Below, piece after piece: positions 1-8,917 of a stretch of DNA of 64,000 nt (positions are counted from its first letter, which is position 1; every line of letters starts with the position of its first letter). The position numbers and the translations under genes are program-made. Origin of the DNA: Escherichia coli (GTDB taxonomy: Bacteria; Pseudomonadota; Gammaproteobacteria; Enterobacterales; Enterobacteriaceae); assembly GCF_045037415.1 (NCBI RefSeq), contig NZ_CP173438.1; one strand, 5' to 3'. The notes below the pieces were generated by a model that was not told the DNA's origin, ran no database searches, and was given only the letters and a program-made list of their open reading frames with translations.

Positions 1-2
1 AG

Positions 3-1625
3 CGTCAGTCGTTCGAGCCGCACTGGCGCGAGTTGAGTGATTACATCAACCCGCGTGGTTCCCGCTTTCTGACTTCTGAGGCCAACCGTAACGATCGGCG
101 CAATACACGCATTATTGATTCGACCGGGACTATGGCGGCGCGCACTCTCGCCAGCGGCATGATGTCAGGCATCACAAGCCCCGCGCGTCCGTGGTTTCGC
201 CTGGCTACGCCAGATCCTGAAATGATGGATTATGGCCCTGTTAAGTTGTGGCTTGAGGCGGTGCAGAACCGCATGAACGATATGTTCAATAAGTCGAATC
301 TCTATCAGTCTCTGCCGCAGTTATACGGAAGCCTCGGCACATACAGCACTGGTGCAATGGCAGTGCTGGAGGATGACGAGGACATCATTCGCACAATGCC
401 ATTCCCGATAGGCAGTTACTACCTGGCTAACTCACCTCGTGGCAGTGTGGACACCTGTTTTCGCAAGTTCTCTATGACTGTTCGTCAGCTTGTTCAGGAG
501 TTCGGGCTAAATAACGTCAGCGAATCCGTAAAAAGCATGTGGGAAAGCGGCACCTACGAGAAGTGGATTGACGTGATGCATTCGGTTTACCCGAACATTG
601 ACCGCGATACATCGAAGCTGGATAGCAAGAACAAGCCATTCAAATCGGTTTATTACGAGGTTGGTGGCGATAACGACAAGTTGTTGCGTGAGTCCGGATT
701 TGATGAGTTTCCAATTATGGCTCCGCGCTGGGAAGTTAACGGCGAAGATGTTTATGGATCATCATGCCCGGGTATGCTGGCGCTTGGACCTGTTAAGGCA
801 TTGCAGCTTCTCCAGAAGCGCAAGTCGCAGTTGATTGATAAAGCCACCAATCCGCCGATGGTTGCTCCGACTTCCCTCAAGAATCAGCGCGCCTCCCTTC
901 TTCCTGGCGACATCACGTATATCGATCAGATTACTGGTCAGGATGGCTTCAGGCCTGCTTATCTGGTTAACCCCAGTACAGCAGATTTGGTAGCAGACAT
1001 TCAGGACACTCGTCAAATCATTAACAGCGCCTACTTTGTCGATCTGTTCATGATGTTGCAGAACATCAATACCCGCTCGATGCCTGTTGAAGCGGTGATC
1101 GAAATGAAAGAAGAAAAACTTCTGATGTTGGGGCCGGTTCTGGAGCGCCTGAACGACGAATGTCTTAATCCTCTCATTGACCGCGCTTTCTCGATGATGG
1201 TGCGTAAAAACATGCTGCCGCCACCGCCAGACGTGATGGAAGGTATGCCCCTGAAGGTCGAATACATTTCCGTCATGGCTCAGGCGCAGAAGTCTATCGG
1301 CCTGTCCAGTCTGGCGTCCACGGTTAACTTCATTGGTCAACTTGCGCAAGCGAAACCAGAAGCTCTCGACAAACTCAACGTTGATCAGGCGATCGATGCA
1401 TTCGCTGATATGTCCGGAGTGTCTCCAACCGTCATTGTTCCGCAGGAACAGGTTGAGCAGGCTCGCCAGCAACGGGCACAGCAGCAACAGCAACAACAAA
1501 TGATGGCGGTGGGGATGGCGGCGGCACAGGGTGCCAAGACGCTAAGCGAAGCTAAAACTTCGGATCCGAGTGTTTTGACAGCTATGGCGAATGCAGTTAG
1601 TGGTCAGGGTGGGCAATCACAATGA
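3..1625 (+). CDS. Portal (head-to-tail connector) protein, 5' end outside window
   Basis: Frame is open to the window edge; at least 540 aa; sits just upstream of scaffold and capsid genes; Gln-rich C-terminus. Confidence 0.7.
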   Translation, partial: RQSFEPHWRELSDYINPRGSRFLTSEANRNDRRNTRIIDSTGTMAARTLASGMMSGITSPARPWFRLATPDPEMMDYGPVKLWLEAVQNRMNDMFNKSNLYQSLPQLYGSLGTYSTGAMAVLEDDEDIIRTMPFPIGSYYLANSPRGSVDTCFRKFSMTVRQLVQEFGLNNVSESVKSMWESGTYEKWIDVMHSVYPNIDRDTSKLDSKNKPFKSVYYEVGGDNDKLLRESGFDEFPIMAPRWEVNGEDVYGSSCPGMLALGPVKALQLLQKRKSQLIDKATNPPMVAPTSLKNQRASLLPGDITYIDQITGQDGFRPAYLVNPSTADLVADIQDTRQIINSAYFVDLFMMLQNINTRSMPVEAVIEMKEEKLLMLGPVLERLNDECLNPLIDRAFSMMVRKNMLPPPPDVMEGMPLKVEYISVMAQAQKSIGLSSLASTVNFIGQLAQAKPEALDKLNVDQAIDAFADMSGVSPTVIVPQEQVEQARQQRAQQQQQQQMMAVGMAAAQGAKTLSEAKTSDPSVLTAMANAVSGQGGQSQ

Positions 1626-1918
1626 CAGATTACGAAGACGATCAACTGAAAGAAGAAAACGCCCGTAAGCAACGTGACATGGCGCAGCGTGAAATTGATG
1701 ACATTCGCTTTGTCATGAGCAGTGAACAAGGGCGTCGCGTTGTCTGGTCGGTGCTGGAGAAAGGCCGTGTGTTTTCCGCTATCTCACCGATGGACGCTAT
1801 GGCAATGGCATTTAATGAGGGGCAACGCAATCTGGCGCTGGAACTGTTTCAGCGCGTTATGGCGCATTGCCCTGAACAGTATTTGAAGATGGCCAAAGAG
1901 GCCAGTGAACAGGAGTGA
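1622..1918 (+). CDS. Hypothetical phage protein (98 aa)
   Basis: ATGA overlap with portal stop; co-oriented in the late operon. Confidence 0.6.
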   Translation: MTDYEDDQLKEENARKQRDMAQREIDDIRFVMSSEQGRRVVWSVLEKGRVFSAISPMDAMAMAFNEGQRNLALELFQRVMAHCPEQYLKMAKEASEQE

Positions 1919-1920
1919 TC

Positions 1921-2616
1921 ATGAATTTATTTGAGCGTTTGCTGTATCGCCGTCTTTGCAATGAGCAACCAGTCGATGGTGGAGCAGCTCCGGCTGCGTC
2001 AGAACCGTCAGCGCCTGCAGGTGATAACCCTGCTCCAGTTGGTGATCCATCACAACCGGAAGGTGATAAGCCACAACCTGTTGCTGATGGCGATAAACCT
2101 GCTGATGACAAAAAGCCTGAAAACGATAAGCAGGGTGAAAAAAAGGACGGCGATAAACCAGAGGGTGCGCCTGAGAAGTACGAGTTTCAGGCTGCCGAAG
2201 GCGTAGAGCTGGATACAGAAGCGTTGAAGGAATTCGAGCCGGTGGCGCGAGAACTTAACCTGACCAACGAGCAAGCGCAAAAGCTGGTTGATGCTTATCC
2301 GAAGATTCTGGCAGGTGTTCAGCAGCGCCAGGCAGAAGCCTGGCAGAAAACAACCGAGCAGTGGGCTGCGGATGTAAAAGCTGACAAAGAAATCGGTGGC
2401 GGCAAGTTGATTTCTAACCTTAGCGTCGCACAGCGTGCGCTTGACCAGTTCGGGACACCTGAACTCAAAGAATATCTGAACACCACCGGGCTGGGTAATC
2501 ACCCTGATCTGGTCAAAACGTTCGTGAGAATCGGAAAGGCGATGTCTGAAGATGGCATGGTCACCGGTGGTAATGAAGGCCAGCGTAGTGCGGCCGAAGT
2601 GCTCTATGGCAAATAA
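1921..2616 (+). CDS. Putative scaffolding protein
   Basis: AGGAG RBS then ATG at 1921; acidic Pro/Lys/Asp-rich N-terminus then helical region; position between portal and capsid. Confidence 0.6.
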   Translation: MNLFERLLYRRLCNEQPVDGGAAPAASEPSAPAGDNPAPVGDPSQPEGDKPQPVADGDKPADDKKPENDKQGEKKDGDKPEGAPEKYEFQAAEGVELDTEALKEFEPVARELNLTNEQAQKLVDAYPKILAGVQQRQAEAWQKTTEQWAADVKADKEIGGGKLISNLSVAQRALDQFGTPELKEYLNTTGLGNHPDLVKTFVRIGKAMSEDGMVTGGNEGQRSAAEVLYGK

Positions 2617-2624
2617 GAGAGGAA

Positions 2625-3617
2625 ATGACAATGGCTGTTAAAGGCTTAACTGCGCTAACGCTGGCTGACTGGGGTAAGCGCGTCGATCCAAACGGGAAAG
2701 TCGATAAGATTATCGAGCTTCTCGGTCAAACAAACCCGATCCTTCAGGATATGCCTTTTGTCGAAGGGAACCTTCCTACCGGACACCGAACCACCATTCG
2801 TTCTGGTTTACCTTCAGCTACCTGGCGTTTGCTGAACTATGGCGTACAGCCAAGCAAATCAACCACAGTGCAGGTAACCGATTACGTTGGCATGCTGGAA
2901 ACCTATGCTGAAGTCGATAAGTCACTGGCTGATCTGAACGGTAATACTGCCGAATTCCGCCTGTCTGAAGACCGCGCATTTATTGAAGCGATGAATCAGC
3001 AGATGGCGCAGACACTGTTTTATGGTGATTCCAGCGTTAACCCTCAGCAGTTTATGGGACTGTCCTCCCGCTATTCCAGCCTGTCTGCGGGTAATGCTCA
3101 GAACATCATTGATGCTGGTGGCACGAGTACAGATAACACCTCAATCTGGTTAGTGGTGTGGGGCGAAAACACCGTGCATGGCATCTTCCCGAAAGGGCAG
3201 AAGGCTGGCATCCAGATGGAAGATAAAGGCCAGGTGACACTGGAAGATGCGAATGGCGGCAAGTACGAAGGCTACCGTACCCATTACAAATGGGACAACG
3301 GACTTGCTCTGCGTGACTGGCGTTATGTTGTTCGCATTGCAAACATCGATGTCAGCAATCTTTCAGAACCTTCCTCTGCCGCAAATATTGCGAAGTTGAT
3401 GGTTAAAGCACTGCATCGCATTCCAAATCGTGGCATGGGTCGCCCGGTGTTCTACATGAACCGCACTGTAGGCCAGGCTCTTGATCTGCAATCTCTGGAG
3501 AAAACATCTCTGGCGATCAGCGTAAAAGAGACAGAAGGCGAGTGGTGGACTTCATTCCGTGGTGTACCAATCCGTGAAACTGATGCGCTTCTGGAAACAG
3601 AAGCCCGCGTGGTGTAA
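2625..3617 (+). CDS. Major capsid protein (about 330 aa)
   Basis: Position after scaffold; size typical of HK97-fold capsid proteins; ATG at 2631 has the better RBS spacing; stem-loop immediately downstream. Confidence 0.7.
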   Translation: MTMAVKGLTALTLADWGKRVDPNGKVDKIIELLGQTNPILQDMPFVEGNLPTGHRTTIRSGLPSATWRLLNYGVQPSKSTTVQVTDYVGMLETYAEVDKSLADLNGNTAEFRLSEDRAFIEAMNQQMAQTLFYGDSSVNPQQFMGLSSRYSSLSAGNAQNIIDAGGTSTDNTSIWLVVWGENTVHGIFPKGQKAGIQMEDKGQVTLEDANGGKYEGYRTHYKWDNGLALRDWRYVVRIANIDVSNLSEPSSAANIAKLMVKALHRIPNRGMGRPVFYMNRTVGQALDLQSLEKTSLAISVKETEGEWWTSFRGVPIRETDALLETEARVV

Positions 3618-3668
3618 CGCCTGTTATTAACCTGTGGGTCGTAACAGACCCACTAATGGAGAAAGAAG

Positions 3669-4106
3669 ATGATCACCGACAAACTGTTGATGTTCTCCGA
3701 AGCTCAGGCGGTTACGAATACCGCGGCTTCTACTGACGTAATCGATCTCGGTCCAATTGACGGAAAACGTCGTGATATCGGCGTGGGTTATCCGCTTGAG
3801 TTTTGGGTGCTGGTTAACGAAGCCGCCACGGCAAGTGGTGAGGAAACTGTAAACATCCAGTTGCAGACGAGTGAGAATAACAGCTCATGGTCCACTATTT
3901 ATGATAGTGGCGCACTGGCAAAGGATACCCTGACAGCAGGTAAACGAGTTGTTTCTGCAAAGGTGCCTGCCGGTGTTCAGCGATATCTGCGTGTTAACTA
4001 CTCCGTCGCAACTGGCCCACTAACGGCTGGCGAATTCACTGCTGGTATCAGTCTTGATGTTGATGCCAATACGCCGTATCCGATCCGCTCAAAAGTAACT
4101 GGTTAA
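3669..4106 (+). CDS. Hypothetical virion protein (145 aa)
   Basis: ORF with RBS (GGAGAAAG) in late operon. Confidence 0.55.
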   Translation: MITDKLLMFSEAQAVTNTAASTDVIDLGPIDGKRRDIGVGYPLEFWVLVNEAATASGEETVNIQLQTSENNSSWSTIYDSGALAKDTLTAGKRVVSAKVPAGVQRYLRVNYSVATGPLTAGEFTAGISLDVDANTPYPIRSKVTG

Positions 4107-4116
4107 GGTGATATTT

Positions 4117-4452
4117 ATGTCAGGTGAGAAACCAAGATACCGCGTTCTGCGCCTCTCTCATATCCATAACACTCTGTGGCCGGAGGGGGCAGAAATCGAA
4201 TACGAAGGTGAGCCTGGTAGCGCACTGGAACCTGTTAACGATGCAGCCAGACAGGCAAAAGCAAAGGTAGCAGGAAAGGTGTCTATGGCAGCAACCAGCA
4301 CCAAAATCATCAACGATGTGTCAGATGATGGTGAACTGGATAAGCTCCGTGAAGAGTACGAATTGCTCTTTAACGAGAAGCCACACCATAACGCCAAAGC
4401 AGAAACGCTCCGCGAGAAGATCGCAGATAAGCGTAAAGAACTGGGCGTGTAA
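4117..4452 (+). CDS. Hypothetical phage protein (about 111 aa)
   Basis: ORF in late operon; ATG at 4117 preceded by AAGGTG. Confidence 0.55.
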   Translation: MSGEKPRYRVLRLSHIHNTLWPEGAEIEYEGEPGSALEPVNDAARQAKAKVAGKVSMAATSTKIINDVSDDGELDKLREEYELLFNEKPHHNAKAETLREKIADKRKELGV

Positions 4453-4502
4453 GCCTCGCGGATGAGACAAGGGGCTTCGGCCCCTTTATTGCAGGAGTGT
4501 AT

Positions 4503-4826
4503 ATGGAACTCGTAAACCTCAAAACCGGCACTGACAGCTACCAGGATGAGAGCGGAGAAACCAGAACTCGCGATGAATACCCGTGGGGGCTGTGCATCAC
4601 GCTGAATAACGACACATTGAATAAGCTGAAGGCGCAACCTCAGGGCGTCGGAACAGAAGTGATGATAACTGCAAAGGCTGTTATCCGAGGCCTGTCTGCC
4701 AGAGAAACTGACGATGGCGTTAATCGCAGCGCCGATCTGCAGATCACTGATATGGCGATCGCTCCTGTTTCCGGGGATGTAGAAAAATCAGCGGCTGAAA
4801 CTCTGTACGGTAACGGAGGTGAGTGA
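4503..4826 (+). CDS. Small virion protein, possible capsid decoration protein
   Basis: CAGGAG RBS then ATG at 4503; size and position match a small capsid-associated protein in epsilon15-type layouts (inference). Confidence 0.45.
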   Translation: MELVNLKTGTDSYQDESGETRTRDEYPWGLCITLNNDTLNKLKAQPQGVGTEVMITAKAVIRGLSARETDDGVNRSADLQITDMAIAPVSGDVEKSAAETLYGNGGE

Positions 4827-5431
4827 TGGCCTCTGTAGTAGAGATCTGTAATCGTGCGCTGTCCAATATTGGCAACAGCCGCAGCATTAACAGCCTGACG
4901 GAAGCCAGCAAGGAAGCGGGGGAATGTTCGCTGCACTTTGAGGCCTGCCGTGATGCTGTGCTTTCTGATTTTGACTGGAACTTTGCTACCAAACGCGTGG
5001 CGCTTGCAGATACGAGCAATCCACCGCCTGACTGGGAATATGCGTACCAGTACCCGTCAGATTGTCTGCGCATTACTGAAATTATGCTTCCTGGTGTACG
5101 CAATCCAACAGCAGCAATGCGCGTTCAGTACGAAGTTGGTGCAGACACCAACGGAACAGGAAAATTGATCTACACAGACCAGCCGCAGGCATGGCTCAAG
5201 TATGTCTCTCGCGTTTCAGATGTAAACATGTTTGATGCCATTTTTATGGAGGCGCTGGCCTGGCGTCTTGCGGCAGCCATTAACATGGCGCTGACTGGGA
5301 ATGCGGATCTCGGTACATTTGCTCTCAATATGTACAATCGCGTGATTCTTAGTGCTGGCTCGCATAGCCAGAATGAATCACAGGAACCACAGCCACCGGT
5401 TGACGAGTTTACCATTGCGAGGTTGTCCTGA
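4826..5431 (+). CDS. Tail tubular protein A-like adaptor (about 200 aa)
   Basis: GGAGG RBS; size and position before a roughly 820-aa protein as in T7 gp11/gp12. Confidence 0.55.
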   Translation: MASVVEICNRALSNIGNSRSINSLTEASKEAGECSLHFEACRDAVLSDFDWNFATKRVALADTSNPPPDWEYAYQYPSDCLRITEIMLPGVRNPTAAMRVQYEVGADTNGTGKLIYTDQPQAWLKYVSRVSDVNMFDAIFMEALAWRLAAAINMALTGNADLGTFALNMYNRVILSAGSHSQNESQEPQPPVDEFTIARLS

Positions 5432-7902
5432 TGGCTATCAGTTGGATCCAGCCCAGCTTTGCCGGTGGTGAGATTGGACCGTCGTTGTACGGGCGTATTG
5501 ACATGGCGAAGTACCAGGTGGCATTGCGCAAGTGCGATAACTTTATCGTGCGGCAGTATGGCGGCGTTGAGAATCGACCAGGTACGCGTTTTGTCGGTGC
5601 CGCCAAATACCCAAATCGGAAATGCCGCCTGATCCCGTTCCAGTTCTCGACGGTTCAGACCTATGCTCTGGAGTTCGGACACCAGTACATGCGCGTTATC
5701 AAAGATGGTGCGTTGGTGCTGAACAGCAGCAATGTTATTTATGAAATTGCCACGCCATATACTGAAGCCGATCTGTTCCGAATTAAATTCACGCAAAGCG
5801 CCGACGTGCTTACGCTTGTTCATCCGGCATACCCGCCGAAAGAGTTGCGTCGCTATGCGCATGACAACTGGCAACTGGTTGATGTGGTAACGAAGAACGG
5901 ACCATTTGAAGATATCAATATTGACGAGTCAGTGACGGTTTATGCCAGCGCCAGCACCGGGACAATTACGTTAACGGCAAGCGCCTCTATTTTTGGCGCG
6001 GAGCAGGTAGGCAAATTGTTCTATCTGGAACAGCCTGCAGTGGATTCTGTGCCGGTATGGGAAACCAGTAAGAGTACGTCAATTGGCGATATTCGCCGTG
6101 CAGACAGTAACTACTATCGCGCCGTTACAGTAGGCAAAACAGGCACTTTGCGCCCTTCGCATACAGAAGGCACATCATGGGATGGCTGGGGCGGATCCGG
6201 TGATGATGATACCGGCATTGAGTGGGAGTATCTGCACAGTGGTTTTGGCATTGCCCGTATCTCTGCTGCAAATGGAACTACTGCAACTGCCGAGGTGATT
6301 TCCTATATCCCTTCGCAGGTAGTTGGCGAGGATAATGCCAGCTATAAATGGGCTAAATATGCCTGGAACAGTGTTAATGGTTATCCTGGCACTGTTGTTT
6401 ATTATCAACAACGTCTTTACTTCGCCGCATCGACTGCGTTTCCTCAGACTATCTGGGCCAGCCGTACCGGGGATTATAAGGATTTTGGCAAAAGCAATCC
6501 TACGCAGGATGACGACAGAATTATCTACACCTATGCCGGGCGTCAGGTTAATGAGATCCGCCACCTGATTGATGTTGGTTCGCTGGTGGCGCTGACTTCC
6601 GGAGGTGAGTACGTCATCACTGGCGACCAGAACAAAGTGCTTACCCCATCATCATTTGCATTCAGCTCTCAGGGATCAAATGGCTCGAGCAATGTCCCAC
6701 CAATTGCCGTGGCGAATATTGCTCTGTTCGTCCAAGAGAAAGGCAGTGTTGTCCGTGATCTGGCCTACTCATTCGATGTTGACGGCTATCAGGGGAACGA
6801 CCTGACCATCCTTGCCAATCATCTTTTTCAGAAGCACAGCATTGTTGACTGGTGCTTCTCGATAGTCCCTTACTCCAGCGCCTTCTGCATTCGTGATGAC
6901 GGTAAATTACTGGTGATGACCTATTTGCGTGATCAGCAGGTTTTTGCATGGGCACCACAATCCAGTACCGGAAAATATGAAAGCACATGCAGTATCAGCG
7001 AAGGAAATGAAGATGCGGTGTATTTCGTCGTTAACCGAACCGTTAACGGGCAAACAGTGAGATACATCGAGCGACTGTCCAGCCGTTTATTTACCAGCGA
7101 TGAAGATGCTTTCTTTGTTGATTCTGGCCTTAGCTATGATGGAAGAAATACGTCTGACAGAACGATGATCATCACTGGTGGTTCTGGCGAATGGGATTAC
7201 CGCGAGGAATATACAATCAGTGTTTCTGGTGGTGCGTACTTCACCAGTAGTGATATCGGTGCCCAACTACAGTTCCCTTATACCGGAACTGATCCTGATA
7301 CTGGCGATGAAGTGTCAAAAGAATTACGTTGCGACATTATTTCTGTAACCAGCAATACCGCTGTAGTGGTTCGTGCTAACAGGAACGTCCCGCCATCCCT
7401 CAGGAATGTGGCCACCACGAACTGGCAGATGGCGCGCCGGACATTTGGAGGCCTGTCTCATCTTGAAGGCCAGACCGTAAACATTCTCTCTGATGCGAAC
7501 GTGGAACCACAGAAAGTGGTTTCCGGAGGTGCCGTCACGCTGGAATCTCCGGGGGCTGTAGTGCACATCGGCCTGCCAATAACTGCTGAATTCGAAACAC
7601 TGGATATCAACATTAACGGACAGGAAACGCTGCTGGACAAAAAACAGGTGATCCCCTCCGTTACTCTGGTTGTGAATGCCAGTCGCGGCATCTGGGCGAC
7701 TACGCCCGGCGGTAAATGGTACGAATATCCACAGCGTGAATTCGAGTTCTACGATGATCCTGTTGATGATGCTACCGGAAAAGTAGAAGTGAAACTGGAC
7801 AGTAACTGGGGCAAAAACGGACGTGTAAAAATCCGTCAGCTTGATCCGTTGCCGCTGTCTGTTCTTGCCGTTATTCCTCGCCTTACTGTTGGGGGATTCT
7901 GA
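5431..7902 (+). CDS. Tail tubular protein B-like nozzle protein (823 aa)
   Basis: ATGA overlap with upstream gene; size and position equivalent to T7 gp12. Confidence 0.55.
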   Translation: MAISWIQPSFAGGEIGPSLYGRIDMAKYQVALRKCDNFIVRQYGGVENRPGTRFVGAAKYPNRKCRLIPFQFSTVQTYALEFGHQYMRVIKDGALVLNSSNVIYEIATPYTEADLFRIKFTQSADVLTLVHPAYPPKELRRYAHDNWQLVDVVTKNGPFEDINIDESVTVYASASTGTITLTASASIFGAEQVGKLFYLEQPAVDSVPVWETSKSTSIGDIRRADSNYYRAVTVGKTGTLRPSHTEGTSWDGWGGSGDDDTGIEWEYLHSGFGIARISAANGTTATAEVISYIPSQVVGEDNASYKWAKYAWNSVNGYPGTVVYYQQRLYFAASTAFPQTIWASRTGDYKDFGKSNPTQDDDRIIYTYAGRQVNEIRHLIDVGSLVALTSGGEYVITGDQNKVLTPSSFAFSSQGSNGSSNVPPIAVANIALFVQEKGSVVRDLAYSFDVDGYQGNDLTILANHLFQKHSIVDWCFSIVPYSSAFCIRDDGKLLVMTYLRDQQVFAWAPQSSTGKYESTCSISEGNEDAVYFVVNRTVNGQTVRYIERLSSRLFTSDEDAFFVDSGLSYDGRNTSDRTMIITGGSGEWDYREEYTISVSGGAYFTSSDIGAQLQFPYTGTDPDTGDEVSKELRCDIISVTSNTAVVVRANRNVPPSLRNVATTNWQMARRTFGGLSHLEGQTVNILSDANVEPQKVVSGGAVTLESPGAVVHIGLPITAEFETLDININGQETLLDKKQVIPSVTLVVNASRGIWATTPGGKWYEYPQREFEFYDDPVDDATGKVEVKLDSNWGKNGRVKIRQLDPLPLSVLAVIPRLTVGGF

Positions 7903-8366
7903 TGATCGATGTTCAAATTATTCCCGCAACCGAAGAGCATCTTCAGATGATTTTGCCGGATGTTCGTCAGGCTGATATTGACGAACTGTATGCGGTATCA
8001 CTGATGACTACCGAAGATGCGCTGCGTGTTGGTCTGCGTACTGCGACTATGGCCTGGTCAGGATTTGCGAACGGAGAACTGGTAACCATGTTTGGCGTAT
8101 CTCCGGCGTCAATGATCGGTGGCAATGGTACGCCATGGCTGGTAGGAACCAGCCGTATTGAAAAATATCAGAAGACATTTCTTCGCCACTGCCGCCCTGT
8201 ATTGCAGCAGATGCTGGCAGTTTATCCGCGTCTGGAAAACTACGTCGACGAGCGAAACCATGTTGCCAAAGCATGGCTCCACTGGCTTGGATTCAGGCTT
8301 GAAGAAGCCGCGCCTTATGGTGCTCTTGGTCTTAATTTCCACAGATTTCACATGGAGAGAAAATAA
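7902..8366 (+). CDS. Hypothetical virion protein (154 aa)
   Basis: Overlapping start and stop in late operon. Confidence 0.55.
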   Translation: MIDVQIIPATEEHLQMILPDVRQADIDELYAVSLMTTEDALRVGLRTATMAWSGFANGELVTMFGVSPASMIGGNGTPWLVGTSRIEKYQKTFLRHCRPVLQQMLAVYPRLENYVDERNHVAKAWLHWLGFRLEEAAPYGALGLNFHRFHMERK

Positions 8367-8905
8367 TGTGTAACCCAGCCATCGCTTTGGTTGCCGTCAC
8401 AGTGGCATCCACAGCCGCGTCAATGTACAGCCAGAGCAAGCAGGCAAAATACCAGTCAGCCATAGCTGATCGGAATGCTGAAATTGCTGAAGCTCAGGCA
8501 CAGGATTCAATCAATCGTGGGAATATTGAAGCGGATCAGCGTCGTCGTGAAATGCGTCAACGCTCAGGCACTGCGGCGGCCACTATGGGGGCTACCGGTG
8601 CGGAATTAAGTAGCGGAACAGCTCTTGACGTTTTTGCGGATAATGCTCAGTTCGGCGCTCTTGATGCGTTAACGACAGTGAATAATGCTCAGCGTGAGGC
8701 ATATGGGTATCAGGTTCAGGGAATGAATGCTCAGGCACAGGGGGCTGCTGCTCAGTCGGCTGCTAAATCATCGATGACCAGCACTTTGTTAACAGCACCA
8801 CTAAAAGCATACGGTGCATACCAGATGGGCGGAGGAACGTGGAGCCCATTCTCTCAGAAGGCTGCGCCGATTTCTGCTGCTGTTGGCACTCCAACCGGTC
8901 GATAA
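8366..8905 (+). CDS. Internal virion protein with hydrophobic N-terminus (179 aa)
   Basis: TAATG overlap; hydrophobic N-terminal segment; position equivalent to T7 gp14. Confidence 0.5.
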   Translation: MCNPAIALVAVTVASTAASMYSQSKQAKYQSAIADRNAEIAEAQAQDSINRGNIEADQRRREMRQRSGTAAATMGATGAELSSGTALDVFADNAQFGALDALTTVNNAQREAYGYQVQGMNAQAQGAAAQSAAKSSMTSTLLTAPLKAYGAYQMGGGTWSPFSQKAAPISAAVGTPTGR

Positions 8906-8917
8906 GGGGATAATAAG

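Noticed and set aside
762-1499. 245-aa minus-strand ORF inside the portal gene (and similar antisense ORFs at 2050-2631, 4158-4637, 5170-5874, 9107-9589)
   Set aside because: Fully antisense to well-supported co-oriented late genes; no RBS or promoter; typical spurious ORFs in coding DNA
1460-1500. CAG/CAA repeat tract
   Set aside because: Encodes a poly-Gln stretch in the portal C-terminus; in-frame coding repeat, not a CRISPR or regulatory repeat
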